Positions 26,879 to 40,462 of a stretch of DNA of 64,000 nt are shown here, in pieces. Source of the DNA: Azolla caroliniana (lineage: Eukaryota > Plantae > Polypodiophyta); the NCBI GenBank assembly GCA_043228905.1, contig JBHGNT010000014.1, positions 15,252,001-15,316,000 of the forward strand, given 5' to 3'. Both the position numbers and the translations under genes were made by a program. The first letter of the stretch is position 1. Each line of letters starts with the position of its first letter. The notes under the pieces are model-generated. The model had not been told where the DNA came from and ran no database searches. It saw nothing but the letters and a program-made list of their open reading frames with translations.

Positions 26879-27289
26879 CGATGTTCAAGAACTTTACCAA
26901 TGAATGTTGCAATCAAGAGTGCACATTGTGGTTGTGAGAGAAATTCGTGCAAGGATTGGGCTTGGTCGAAGAGATGTAAAAAAACATGGTCGAATATGAT
27001 CAAAGGCAGAGCATTGTATCAAAGTGTGATACTCAGACTCGTGAACTTGTTTAGGGCAAAGTGTGCATAACCGACCACTCTCATCACTTGTGCCCCAACA
27101 CCCTGTCTCACATCGCAATGCATGTGAGTTAAGTCACATGGAAGCAATGGTTCGAATGGCAGATAACGGGATGGGCTCTAGCATGTATCGATGTGTACGG
27201 TTTCCCCGTTCCGCAAAGAATATGGTTTTGTAGTTAGGTGCAACATGTGTAGTATAATGTGTGAAGCGAGAGCCTCCACATTTGTCCCA
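26770..27289 (-). mobile_element. 5'-truncated LINE: RT C-terminal CCHC region, 3' UTR and (CTAT)n tail
   Basis: The minus strand encodes SHALRCETGCW...RLCTLC....ESEYHTLIQCSAFDHIR, the SHxLxxETGR / CxxC..ExExH....C motif of LINE ORF2 termini. It ends in a TATC tandem tail. Confidence 0.75.
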
Positions 27290-27391
27290 TGTCATGATAC
27301 ATTAGAGAGAGAGAGAGAGCTCAGTTGGTAAGGTTGCCCAATGGAGACCAGGTGGTCATGGGTTCAACCCCTACATTCCACAGTCACGACA
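27290..27391 (-). mobile_element. Miniature, internally deleted solo LTR containing a tRNA-like module
   Basis: Termini are TGTCATGA...TCACGACA. The internal AGCTCAGTTGG...GGTTCAACCC closely matches the module in LTR 50408-50782. Flanks TCCCA/TCTAA are only a weak TSD. Confidence 0.6.
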
Positions 27392-27564
27392 TCTAATGAA
27401 ATAGAGATATATATGAAGTATATAATAGAGAGGTGAGGAAATTGGGTTCTAGTGGTAAGCTAATTACGAGAGAGAGAGTGTGTGTGTGTGTGGAAAAATT
27501 GGACTTGATGTGGCATCTAGTGAAATAGAGATATATATGAAGTATATAATGGAGAGGTGAGGAA

Positions 27565-27627
27565 TTTGGGTTTCGAACCCAAGACACAATGCTTTTAGTG
27601 TTATCGACTTACCACTAGGGTAAGCTA
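27565..27627 (-). other. tRNA-derived (SINE-head-like) A/B-box module
   Basis: The minus strand reads TAGCTTACCCTAGTGGTAAG...TCTTGGGTTCGAAACCC. It lies in one of two tandem copies (27391-27513, 27514-27745); the first copy lacks the module core. Confidence 0.5.
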
Positions 27628-27631
27628 ATTG

Positions 27632-27704
<73 letters not shown>

Positions 27705-30700
27705 CATTAGGGGATAATGAGGAAAATTTGGACTTGATGTGTTGGCATGTGCTTGTATTAGTTTGTTTCAGTCTTCTTGATGCTTTTCCCATGCATGATT
27801 AAGTGTTTATTTCTAAATCTTGTTGTGAAAGCAAGGTTCATGTTTATATAATATAGGTTCTAGACATGTATATTTTTGACGGTTATGATACTGAGAATAG
27901 ATTTCAATAAAAGTTGCACTTGATGTCCTCTTTGCAAGATCCGAGAAAATATTGAATTATAAGTGAGTCAAAGAAGACTAAGGGTATGTCTCAATTGGTT
28001 GAATGTTACTTTCCCAAGGCATGCGCTTTGATCGTGATATTATCAATTTTTTAATGTGTAATTCTAGGCCACTTTTAGATATGGATGCAAATGTATCGCG
28101 ACTTGGGCACAAGCTCCTAAAGGTATGACCGTGCCCAGATCAATGGAACATGTGTTTCTTTTCTTATTTGTTTCCCTTCTCTTCTACGTATCCATACATT
28201 ATTGAATCATACTCTATTTTTCTTTGATCTTTCTATTCTATATCATTTGTGTATTGCCAATATGTTGTTTAGGCTAATCATAGCATTCCCATTGGTTCAT
28301 TAATATTTTATCCAAATTCTAGTTAAACTCTTTTAATCATGTGCATGGATTATATGCATTGAATAATCACAAGTTAATCAAAACATTCACATTTACTAAA
28401 AAAGGATGTACATTCAACCTCGTGATCATTGGTTGGTTCTTGCTATTCCAACCCAAGAACAATATCAACATTACCATGACATAATTAGCAAGCACACCAT
28501 CATTTCACTATATCTTGTAGTCACCATTATGCCACCACATTTTCTCGGAATATAATTATAACTTATTAGATCATTTACCTAGATTGTATTCCCACCATTT
28601 TATCTTTTTTGGGTGTGGTGAAGCTACCACTTATATGTAAGCTTATGAGAATATAAGTGAATTTGTGATTGCATTGTTTTTACTCATATTCAAAGCCTCA
28701 AATCTATTATTTTGATCGAAGCTTCAAATGTCAATATTTTGTGGATTGTCAACTTAATCCAACAATCTAGCCTCATATTTGCATGTCAATGTCTCAGTAC
28801 TATGGATGATCAAGAGCATGTGTCTTAGTGTATGGGTTGTTTTTGTGGTAGTGATCACGACATCAATTTTGAATCAATCTCAAGGCTATGATGATATATT
28901 TGGTAATCATTGTGTGGATTGACATCATCATGTCTCAATCTCAAACCTACGTTTGCATATATTGGTGTGCTTGCTCAAATATAGATTCACTCCTAGTGTC
29001 GTACCTCTACTCACATATTTGTGGTGTGAAATATACCCACAAATAGCTACGTCACCTCCAACAACTCAAGAGCAAATATGTTTGAATGCGATGTTTTAAC
29101 TACAAACATCAACCACGAATTATGGGATGCAATTCACACATAAAGGCTAAAAGAGCACCATAGTAGGATGATAATTTATGTAATGACAAAACAATTCATT
29201 CAATATCTTGAATGAATTAAAATAACAATTGCTCTAAATCTATAAAGACGAGCATGTATCTGATCTCTCACATACATTGCCAAAGTTTAGACATCAAGAC
29301 AAACCGATTGACGTAATCCCAAGTAGTCAATTAGCTCATAGATTGCCATAGAGCGCACACAATTTGAATTTATAAGAGATTTAAAAGGAAACAAGCCAAA
29401 TCTTTGAATAAGGATTTAATGAGGTCTAATAGCTTGAGTTCAACATTCTTGTGGAGGAGGAAGATGATTTATGCACACATACACTTAATAAGACAACCAT
29501 GAAGAACAAAATATCTTGTTCCAATGCTATATGTTTTATTGACAAATCTATAACACAATTTGGACACTTGGAATTCTTGCTTATAACTTTTGAACTAACA
29601 ATACATTAGTTACATTTTGTCGGCTTTTGTAAATAGCCCTTATTTGACAATATTACGGTGCATAACAAGTTGTGATGAGGATGCAAAGAATCCAAATATG
29701 GTTTTAAATTCATCAAAAGGAAATGGATTGTTTGCAAATGTGGAGTACCATTGTGAAATAGAATATCTTTGAGACTAAATCCTATCAAAAGTTGATATAT
29801 AAGGTGAACCTAAAATACATAAATATAGTTAAGGATTAATTGAAACCTTGGTTTGTGGCTACTAAAATGTGCTATGTGTGCACACGAGCTCCTTTAATGA
29901 TTGAGAAAGCAATTGGTGTCTCAAATATACAAAGAAAGCTCAACATCTATTTGACCATGGTTGTACACATTTGAATTGGGTTCCTTATCTATCCATCTAG
30001 TAAGGTGATTATGGAATCTCAAATATCATCATCAAGGTGGAGTTTATGAATGTGTTATGGTATTAAAATTTATATTTGTGAGTTTGGCAATTTTAAAAGA
30101 ATTCTACTGTAATACTTACATACTCTAGAATAATTGAAATCTAAACTCTGTACTCCACATGTCTACTTTCATTCATTTCCTTAGAGCATCTCAAATTGTA
30201 TACAAAGTCTTTGTAGCGACTATTTTTATGATGAGATGGGTATGCTCAATGTCATATTCTGCTTCATTGTGTAAGCAAATGCTTTTTTAACTTTAGCTTG
30301 TCATACATTAAAGCGGGATGAACGTATGTAACTTGATGAAGCAAAGGACACGCTTGAGAATTTTGATTCGTAGATCACATGGCATGTTTGCTTGGCATCC
30401 ACTTGACATACCATGTGGTTATCCCTTTGTCGAGTACCACATACTTGTCTTTTTATATATAATTTTGTCCCATGCCTCTATATTCTAGTATCGTTTTTGG
30501 ATTTGACTTGTTCTGAAATAAATAGCACATTGATCCTTTGCTGAAAAGCAACGACAACTTGAAGGACCTATGTGATGTTATCATATCAATTAATATAAAA
30601 AGACACAATACCAACTCCAGTGTGTGTATTCGATATCCCTTGTACCTTTGTGTTCCATTTCCTTATTGCTTTAACAACTTTCTCCATTCCGTAAAGTTAT

Positions 30701-31105
30701 TGACAACACATGTTAGCTCTTATTTATCCTAGGTGAAGAGTCTATTGAGCACACTAGTCTCTAATACGAACACATTTCAATTGATTTGGCTCCATAAATC
30801 TTATAGTTTATGCGAAATATAAAATAATTGACGAGTTCCATCTTGATAAGATTGCATGTTTGCCATAATCTATGTTTTAAAAATACATATGTACGTTGGG
30901 AACTAATCTAAATTGCACACTTGTGCACTATATATGTATTTCCAATGTTTCTATGGTTTTAAAGTAGAAAATTGTGCTGGACTTTTATTAATACTTTAAA
31001 CGTACATTTTATGCATCATTGTTCCTATCTTAATGCTCATTTTCTCCAAAAGAAAAAACTTTGGAGGGTTTTTGGAAGAAAAAAAAAGAAAAAACTTTGG
31101 AGGTT

Positions 31106-31549
31106 CATTTAATGATTGAATGAATGGCTTCATCATTTCATAACAATTGCTTAATCATGTAAAGATTTCAATGAGCAAATTTAATCGAATAGCTCATATA
31201 CGTCGTAAACTTAACGTACTATTACCAACTACCAATCCAATTGAATGTAGACCATATTTAGAAATCTTGAATATTCCACCTTCTTATAAGTTAGATTCTT
31301 AAAATGAAATATTATTAAGTCATGTATGACATTTAATGATTGAATGAATGGCTTCATCATTTCATAACATTTGCTTAATCATGTAAAGATTTCAATGACC
31401 AAAGTTAATTGAATACTCATATACTTCGTAAACTTAACTTACTATTAACAACTACAATCCAATTGAATGTGGACCATGTTTAGAAATCATGAATATTCCA
31501 CCTTCTTATAATTTAGATTCTTAAAATGAAATATTATTAAGTCATGTAT
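31106..31549. repeat. 224-bp tandem duplication
   Basis: CATTTAATGATTGAATGAATGGC at 31106 and 31330. Both copies end in TTAAGTCATGTAT. Confidence 0.9.
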
Positions 31550-33348
31550 CCCATACTTTGCATGTGCGAAAGATGTATACTTCGCTACTATTTATTCAAT
31601 TGTAACTGTAAATAAGTGCATCCATAACATCAACAATATAAAACATCATCACAATGTATGGCTCAAGGGAATCGTAACAACCATTCACAACAATGTGATG
31701 AGTAGAACACAATTTAATTAATTGAGCATAATGGACACTCCACCAAGGTACTTAAGAATACCTCACTAGATTGCATGCAGGTATGGAATATCTATCATGG
31801 AGATTGATATAGGTAATCAAGTTTGCATCTTATAAAAATCTTGGTAATATCCTTTACCAAGGAGCATCATAAATTTGACTTGATTGAATTGTGTTTTACA
31901 GCTAATGCATGATTATTGTTCCAATCAAAAGGTATGTAAGTGGCACGTGTATATTACAATTTTTATGACTCATGCAAAGTTTAAAAACAGAACATCAAAC
32001 TAAGCTTACTCCATTATTGAAGCAGTAAAAAATTAATTTTAAATTAGTGAAGACATGTTTGAAAACATTAGGTGCAAATTTCACGATATAATCTTATCTA
32101 ATCTTTTAAATTCGATGTGCAATACATGCTTAGGGAACAATACCCCTGCTTAACTTGCCCCCATACCATGAATAAGTTCTCAATGTCCATCTACCATTGT
32201 CATGAGCACAAGAATTGTGAACTAAAAAATCACTCTTAATATGCTCATGCTTTTCATAAAATAACTTATGATTAGAAAGAAAAATGTTTTACTTTGATAA
32301 GATTAGTAATATGGTCTATGCTAGACCGACTAATACACAAAATTGACACATCAAACACATTGTGTAAGTTATATTGTGTATGAAATGTGTATGTAAGTTG
32401 AACTTTTATATATGAGATATACATGTATGAAGACATGCTTACATGATATAGTGGAGTTAACATTGACATATAAATACTTTCTTAAGCCAACTACAAGTAT
32501 GATTTGCTAGTCTTCTTATGCACAATGCGACATCAAAGTTCTAGCCCTAATCCTCTCTCTTTTTTCATCTCCTTTCATCTCCTTTCTTATGCACAAAAAA
32601 ACATTTATGGTGCAGATCATCATGTCGCACAAGCACTCTTAAAACATGAACAAAAGAAACCAAACGACATTGGGAATACACCCTCCTATGATTTTACCAA
32701 AACATCCAAGACACTTGACTAAGAGGAAGCAACAATCATTATGGTGAACGTATGTGGTGTTGGTATATGTTACATTTAATTTACACACACATGTATAATC
32801 TAGTGTCAAAATTGTGTAGGATCTCTAAGTAAGTCCTTTTCAACCATGGATATAGTTCATAATACCATGTTGACAATCAATTTTTTTTTTTTTGAATGAT
32901 TGCATTGTTTATATTCACTATGACATTACAATTCAACTATGTTTCTAGAGGTGGAATAATCCTTAGGTTCAAATAAATATAGTTCTTGATGCCAAAATCT
33001 AAGCATGTAGGCACGTATAACAAAAATGTATCATTGATACAAATGCTTAAAGCTAGGGTGTGATATAACTTTATAAGTTGTGAGTAGCATTGTAATAATC
33101 ATACTAGATTCGAGCTTCAAGGATAATGCAATTATATCCTCTTTATCTAGTCATTGTCATTATCTTAGTATTGGTTATAATTGATTATGATGTAAGCATA
33201 CTCATCATGTTCCTAATAAAACCATTAGGGTTTCTCTCTCTAGGTAGGTTGTGTTTAAAAGTCTAAGGCTCTCTATAATGGAGAAAGCAACATTAAACTT
33301 GTATAAAAACTTGCTAAAACGGGGATATAATAGCTAATACCACCAAGG

Positions 33349-36300
33349 TGTTAGAAACAACAAAACAATTTCAAAGCAACTACTTTTAGTTGTCACATTA
33401 ACTCTACACCACATCTAGATTAGTTACTATTATTAACTATTACTGTTTTCCTTTTATTAGTAACTGTATTTTTAAACACATCCAACGTTCCCTCCACTTT
33501 CTATATTATATAAAGAGGAAACCAGGAACGTTAGAGTGTGGTATTTTTATGCTCTAGCTGATGTAGCAATTAACTCTTGTAGTTGTATTCCAACTTGTTA
33601 TCCCACCTTATTATCTATTACATAACAGTTTCAATTCTCCTCATTTCTGTTCATGTATCTCTCATTTCCTTACATGGTATCAGAGCGTGAGTAGTATGAA
33701 GCTTGAAAATATATCCCCTGCTCCATACTCTACTTCTAAAGAAAAAAAGAAAACAGAAAGAAAGAGAAAACGAGACAACAACCTTAGCATTATGGCAAGC
33801 TCCACTTAATCAAGAAAATACTTGGTAGATAAACTTAACGTAAAGAACTACAAAATTTGGAAACCAAGGATGGAGCTACTACTTGACTTGGAGGAGTTAC
33901 TTGAAGTCACCACGGGAACTTATCAAGCACCAAAAAGCACACGATCAGAAGCATGGAAAGAATGGAAAAACAAAGATAAACGGGCAAAACTTGAAATACT
34001 GCTACATGTAGAAGATAGGCAGGCTGATGCCATTCGAAAACTCACAACTGCGGCAGAAATGTGGTCCAAATTAAAACAGATGTTTGAACCACAAGATGGT
34101 ACAACTAGAATCCATACTCTTGCTACCTTGTTTCACATGTGTGTTTTGTAGGAAGAAGAAGATGTTCTTACCTTCTTGGATACTTGGGAGACATATCTCG
34201 AAGAAGCCACCACTGCCGGAAATGAAATCTCAGAAGAAATGAAGATTGGGCACTTATTGAGTAAACTTCCAAAATCTTGGAATACTTTTATCACTATGAA
34301 TAGCCAGGGTAAATCCTTATCTGATCTAATTACAAAAGTTCGTCATGAAAATCTACGACGACAACTTAAAAATTCTACTCCATCAATGGCAATGACTGCT
34401 ACAGTCAACAAACCACAAAAATTGTCATATAACAATCGCTACAAGTCTAGATCTGACAATTACAAATACACTGAAGTCTCTAATTCGATAAAGGGAAATG
34501 AATCACAAAGAACTTCATCAAAACAACTTGGTGGAGGCTTCAAACTAGTCTACAGATATTGCAAAAGAGAAGGGCACACCGAGAGGGTATGTCGATTCAA
34601 GCAATTTGTGGAAAATAAGAAACAACCACAAGCCAATAATGTCATTTTAGAGGATAAATCTGATGATAAATCAGAATGCTATTCAGAATCAAGAGGTGAT
34701 TATGATGACATGCCAGAAGAAGGAAACATTATTCAAGCATACCACGTCACTACAGAAGAATTGAAAACAGATTATGACACATGGTACCTGGATATTGGTG
34801 CCACACACCATCTCACATACCGAAGAGATTGGCTAGAAGATTATCAAGTTCTCTCCAATCAGTTGTAGGTAATCTTTGGTGATAAAGGAAAGAAATCTGC
34901 AATCGGTAAAGGTACAATTAAAATCAAACTTTCAAACGATCACCAAATTACTGTTCATAATGTGTAGTATGTGCCTGGATTGGCAAAACATATGTTATCA
35001 ATTGGACAAGCTACAATATAGATGGACTTACAATTCAGTTTTGCAGAGATAAAGCAATTCTACAATTTCAGGATGGTAGTTCATTCATTCAGATGGTCTG
35101 TCCTAAAGAACAACATCTGTATCCAGTCCATAATCAATCAGCATATGCATTAGTTGTACCCGTGCAAACAAAGAAACAATTAGTGCACTCAGCTACATAT
35201 TTATGGCATTGTCGTTTTGGTCACATGAATTTTTTAGCACTTCAACAATGTCAACAACTAAAAAGAATGAAAGGACTACCAGAAAAAGGCTTCAAAGCTA
35301 TTTCTATATGTGAAAGCTGCTTGTTCGGAAAGATGTCCCATCAGCCATTTGCCAAAAGCAAGACTGTTACAGAATTCCCACTTCAACTTGTTCATACAGA
35401 CTTGTGTGGGCCATTTCCTGTATCGTCTCTCTCTAGAGCAAGGTATTTCATTTCATTTATTGATAATACTACCAGATTCATAGTAGTCAGCTTCTTAAAA
35501 CAGAAAAGTGAGGCATTTGCAGCATTCTGTAAATACAAACAGCTTGCAGAAAATCAAACATCAAGAACAATTAAAAAGGTGAGAAGTGATAATGGTGGAG
35601 AATATGTATCCCAAGAATAGGAGATTTTTTTTGACAACAATGGAATAACTCATCAAAAAATAGTACCCTACACTCCACAGCAGAATGGCATTGCTGAAAG
35701 AAAGAACAGGACGTTGTTAAATGCTGCCCGTAGTTTGCTCAAAACGGGACAAATGAAACAACGGTTTTGGGAAGATGCAATCTCCACAACCTGCTATATG
35801 CAAAATAGGACTCCTCACACTGCATTACAAGGCCAAATTCCATTTACATTATGGTATGGTGACATACCTAATGTTTCCCATCTCAAAATTTTTGGTGCAG
35901 TAGCCTATGCATCTGTAAATCCACATCACAGATCAAAGCAGATCAAAGCAGATCAAAGCTGGATGATAGATGCTTCAGAGGACGGTTCATTGGGTATGGG
36001 GAGCAAAATGGTCTCAAAGCATACAAAATATTCAACCCGCAAACAAGTAAAACAGTTTACAGTAGGTCAGTAAAAATTGATGAGTTATTCCTTTTATAGA
36101 GAAATGGAGAGACTATAACTAGTGAAGATGGAGAAGATCCCGCATGTCTACCACACTTGGTGGAAACAGAACACAATAGTATTTACCCAAATGACTCGTC
36201 TCAGATTACATCTCCTGATGATGCAACAAAAGATTCTCCATCACAGATGCACATGGAATCCCAGCATCAAGGGACAACCATCGAGAACTCAAGCCCTTGT

Positions 36301-38609
36301 GTTCCATGTCCCAACAACCCTGTTGCATGCTCTCAGCCTGATGTGTTAAATATAATAACCTCATCATCTCCATTAATGGCGGAGAGACAATCTCATAGGT
36401 ACCACAGAATAGATGAGAGTAGAAATACTTATCGTCGCGGCTGATCTCGACCGCTACTTTCTGTAGCTGTCGCAATGGTGCCACTGCCTAGATGCTTGAA
36501 GGAAAACACACACAAAAATGATAGAATGACAGAATCAGAGAGTAGAGCAAAAAAGGGGAAAGCTAACCCTATGCAAGAACTCTACGAAACTACAACTACC
36601 ATCAACGAGTATTTTGAATCTGTCATCGACTTTGATATTTCAACCTTTGCCACGTATGTCGAAGATGCAAGCTTCGATTTTGCTCCTATTCTAACTTTGA
36701 AACAGGTTCTCCGAAGCAATGAAAAGGAAAGATGGCTACAAGTGGTACAAATCGAGGCAGATGCACTCTACAAAAACAAGACATGGAGCCTTGTTCCAAA
36801 ACCATCAAAATCAAACATTATTAGCTGTAAGTGGTTATTTACAAAAAAATTTGATGCTCAAGGCAATTCTGTTCGCTTCAAAGCTCGATTGGTAGCTAGA
36901 GGATTTACTCAAATTCCGGGGGTTGACTATCATGCGACTTTCTCTCCCACACTTAAACTCACTTCTCTCCATCTCATATTTGCCATTACTGCATATTTAA
37001 ATTTAGAACTCCATCATGTTGACATTGAGACAACTTTCCTACATGGAGATTTGAAGGAGGATATCTATATGGAGCAGCCCCCAATACTTCAAGATAGTGC
37101 ACATCCTGATTATGTATGCCAATTGCATAAACCTCTCTATGGCTTGAAGCAATTGCCGCGTCAATGGTATGCCAAACTCCATAACTTTCTCCTTCACAAG
37201 GGTTTTATGCAACTGCAATCAGAACCAACATTGTACATCCGCAAGCAGGATTCCAATTTCCTCTTATTAGGAGTTTATGTGGATGACTTACCAATTGCTG
37301 GTACCTCCCGACATGACATTCTTCAATTTGTCAAGGAGTTACAAACTTCCTTTCCCACCAAACACCTTGGAGAACTTGAATACTTTCTTGGTCTAGAAGT
37401 CAAGCGCAATCACGGTACGGGAATCCTCTCCATCTCCCAAAATAAATTAGTTGATGGTATTCTTCAAAAGTTTGATAGGATGGATTGCTCCTCCGTTGCT
37501 ACTCCACTCACTATTCCTTGCCATCTATCTAGCTCTGACTCCCCCTCTACTCCTGAAGAAGTTGCTTTTATGAAAAATATACCATATCGCCAAATTCTTG
37601 GTAGTTTGCGGTACTTAGTGAGCTGCACTTGCCCTGATCTATCATCCTCCACAGGTTTTCTATCACGTTTTATGGAGCATCCAGGCTCCTGTCATTGGGA
37701 AGCCTTGAAATGTGTCCTCTGATACTTAAAATACACATGTGATATGACCCTCTCTTACAAAGCCTTGCCCGCGTTCTCTAAAGGTGGAATGGTGGCTCCA
37801 CTACATGGCTGGACAGATGCAGACTGGGGTGGTGACAAAGATACCTCACGATCTACATCCAGATATCTTTTCACATTCAGTGGTGGTGCCATCACTTGGA
37901 AGACAAAGAAACAATCTACGGTGGCATTGTACTCCACAGAGGCTGAGTATATTGTTGCCACCTTGGTCGCTAAAGAGGGGCTTTGGCTAAAATCCATTTT
38001 TGATGAACTCAACATTATCCACATTAATGAGTTCCAGCTTTGGTGTGATAATAAGTCATGTATTAAGATAGCATAGAATCCAAAGATCATTGAACAAAAC
38101 AAGCACATTCGGGCCCGCTATCATTTTTTCTGTGAATTATTTGAGGATGGTACCATTCGCCTTGACTATATTCCAACCCTCCACATGTGGGCGGATTTCT
38201 TGACCAAACTAGTGCCTGCTATCAAACATTGGTCTTGTTGCCAACATGTTGGCCTCAAATGCGGTGCTAGAGTTACGGGAGGGTGTTAGAAACAACAAAA
38301 CAGTTTCAAAGCAACTACTTTTAGTTGTCACATTAACTCTACACCACATCTAGATTAGTTACTATTATTAACTATTACTGTTTTCCTTTTATTAGTAACT
38401 GTATTTTTAAACACATCCAACGATCCCTCCACTTTCTCTATTATATAAAGAGGAAACCAGGAACGTTAGAGTGTGGTATTTTTATGCTCTAGCTGCTATA
38501 ACAATTAACTCTTGTAGTTGTATTCCAGCTTGTTATCCCACCTTATTATCTATTACATAGCAGTTTCAATTCTCCTCATTTCTATTCATGTATCTCTCAT
38601 TTCCTTACA
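33349..38609 (+). mobile_element. Full-length Ty1/Copia LTR retrotransposon (Ale-like architecture), decayed
   Basis: 326-bp LTRs at 33349-33674 and 38284-38609 (TG..CA, about 9 substitutions). PBS TGGTATCAGAGC abuts the LTR at 33675; PPT at 38277-38283; TSD CAAGG/TAAGG. Domain order is gag-PR-INT-RT-RH. Confidence 0.95.
33792..38283 (+). pseudogene. Copia gag-pol polyprotein with stops and frameshifts
   Basis: Motifs: WYLDIGATHH (PR); LWHCRFGH, HTDLCGP and RSDNGGEY (INT); KARLVARGF and YVDD (RT); DADWGGD..RST (RH). A (CAGATCAAAG)x3 at 35929-35958 causes a frameshift. Confidence 0.9.
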
Positions 38610-39041
38610 TAAGGCACATAGGACACACCATATGCAAGGACTAAGGTAGGTTTGTTATACAACCGCGAATCATGCATGCGTATGGGGAACTTAAGTGTCA
38701 ATACTTAGTCTTCTAGTAATAGATTATGAAACAAAGTTGCATGTTTGCACATTAGGAATAAAATTATGGCATGGGGGAATGGCTATATATTGAATGGTTA
38801 GGTGGAGAGTTAGAGGTACATATGGAGGTTGTGATAAAGTCATTTTATCAAAGAAAGTGTTGAACATTATCCTCGGTGATCATTGTGGAGAAGAAATACA
38901 TCATAATACAAATGTTGCATCTCATATTGATACACATAAAAAAATTATATTAGGATGGCCGTGACATCATAATGTTTCCAGGCCTATGTTCATAAGAGGG
39001 ATACTTTTGATGTGATGTGCCAAGAAAAAAATCCATGTTCC

Positions 39042-39422
39042 TGTCATGAAGACATGCATTTTGGCTTACAAGGATTCAAACCCACAACTTCTTGGTCTAT
39101 GTGTTAAACCTTTAACCATTATAATAATATATATGATATGTAATTATACTAATTATATTATTAATTATTACAATATATCTAGAGTATTCTAGGACATTCT
39201 AGATTATTTCATGATTATCTTAAATATTATAAATGCCTACAATATTCTAGAACATTCTAAAATACTCCATAAGGACCTATAAATAGGCGTCCATATATAA
39301 TTACATTCATCACAACTCATTCAGTTCAACACCAATCTTTAACCCCTTAAACTACTTTTGTAACCCTTATTCTCTTATAATATAAGCTCATTTCCATTTT
39401 CAATCATCTAATCTACGTAATA
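39042..39422 (+). mobile_element. Tcn1-like solo LTR with an antisense tRNA-like module
   Basis: Starts TGTCATGA like LTR 62706. Contains GGATTCAAACC (reverse B-box) at 39072, TTCTAG motifs, TATAAATA at 39278 and CAGTTCAACACCAATC. The right end (CGTAATA) is approximate. Confidence 0.6.
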
Positions 39423-39733
39423 CTTTCGCATCCATGAGCAGGTCGGAAAATGATCTTGTCTTAAAAAGGTCTAGTCTAATTATGTTACTTAATAGTGATG
39501 TTGACGATCTTAACATCAGTGTGCTATCTACGGTGATTGGTGTTAGTAGAAAAACTCTGTACAATACAATGAACCAGATAATTTCAAGTGATGAAGGAAC
39601 TAGTCTGCTAAAGCTAACAACAAGATGTAAGCCAATGACACCCATAACATTAGAAATCAAGGATATAATAACCATATTTTGGACTAATGAGAGTAAGGTT
39701 TCACCCAATAAGAAGGATTTATGTAGGAAATGT

Positions 39734-40458
39734 TGTCGTGAAGATTTTCGGCAACAGTGTGAAAATTGTGTGCAACGAACGAAATCGAAAAGGTGCAATG
39801 TGCACGCGTGAAAGGGGTGAAAGCCACATGCATATGCTAGCATGTTGTAAATAGGACTAAAATGAGAATCGTAAAAGGAAAGGTAGATGTAAAATTAAAC
39901 ATGTGCACGTGTGATGTGCGCTCAATTGTAAATATAAAAATAAGACTAAAGCCTAGTAACATTTAAGTGCATACATAGGGGTGAAAGCAAGGTTTGAACC
40001 TTGCACCTCCAAGCTAGGAGACAAATTAACTTACCACTAAAGCCACTATTGAGTGCTTTAGAATTTGTATATTTTCTTTTCATATTCAGTATTTTGCAGG
40101 AAGCAAACATATAGAAACTGTGGGCACAAAACCATGGTTTTAGCCCGTGTTTTTTGCATGGAGAGACCTATAAAAGCCTATAGTTGGGCTTGTGTAAGGG
40201 GGGGCAAGTGATGTAAGTAAAAAAGAAACTTTTAATCAAAGATATGAGTTATCCTAATGGTGATGTATCTTGTCTCGTAAAACTAAAGTCAAGGGTTCAA
40301 TCTCTCTCTCAATCTCTCTCTCTCTCTCTCTCTCTCTCTTCATCATCCATCTATCTTCAATACTTTCTCGCTTACATTGCTAAAAATATCGAATCCTTCC
40401 AGTCTAGGACCCCGACGGTCCCGCTTCATTTCGCGAACACGCGAGGATTTCCTCAACA
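39734..40458 (+). mobile_element. Solo LTR (TGTCGCG..CGCGACA family), copy 1
   Basis: Starts TGTCGTGAAGATTTTCG and ends GGATTTCCTCAACA. TATAAAAG near 40168; antisense tRNA-like module at 39987-40046. Flanked by ATGT and ACGT. Confidence 0.7.
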
Positions 40459-40462
40459 ACGT

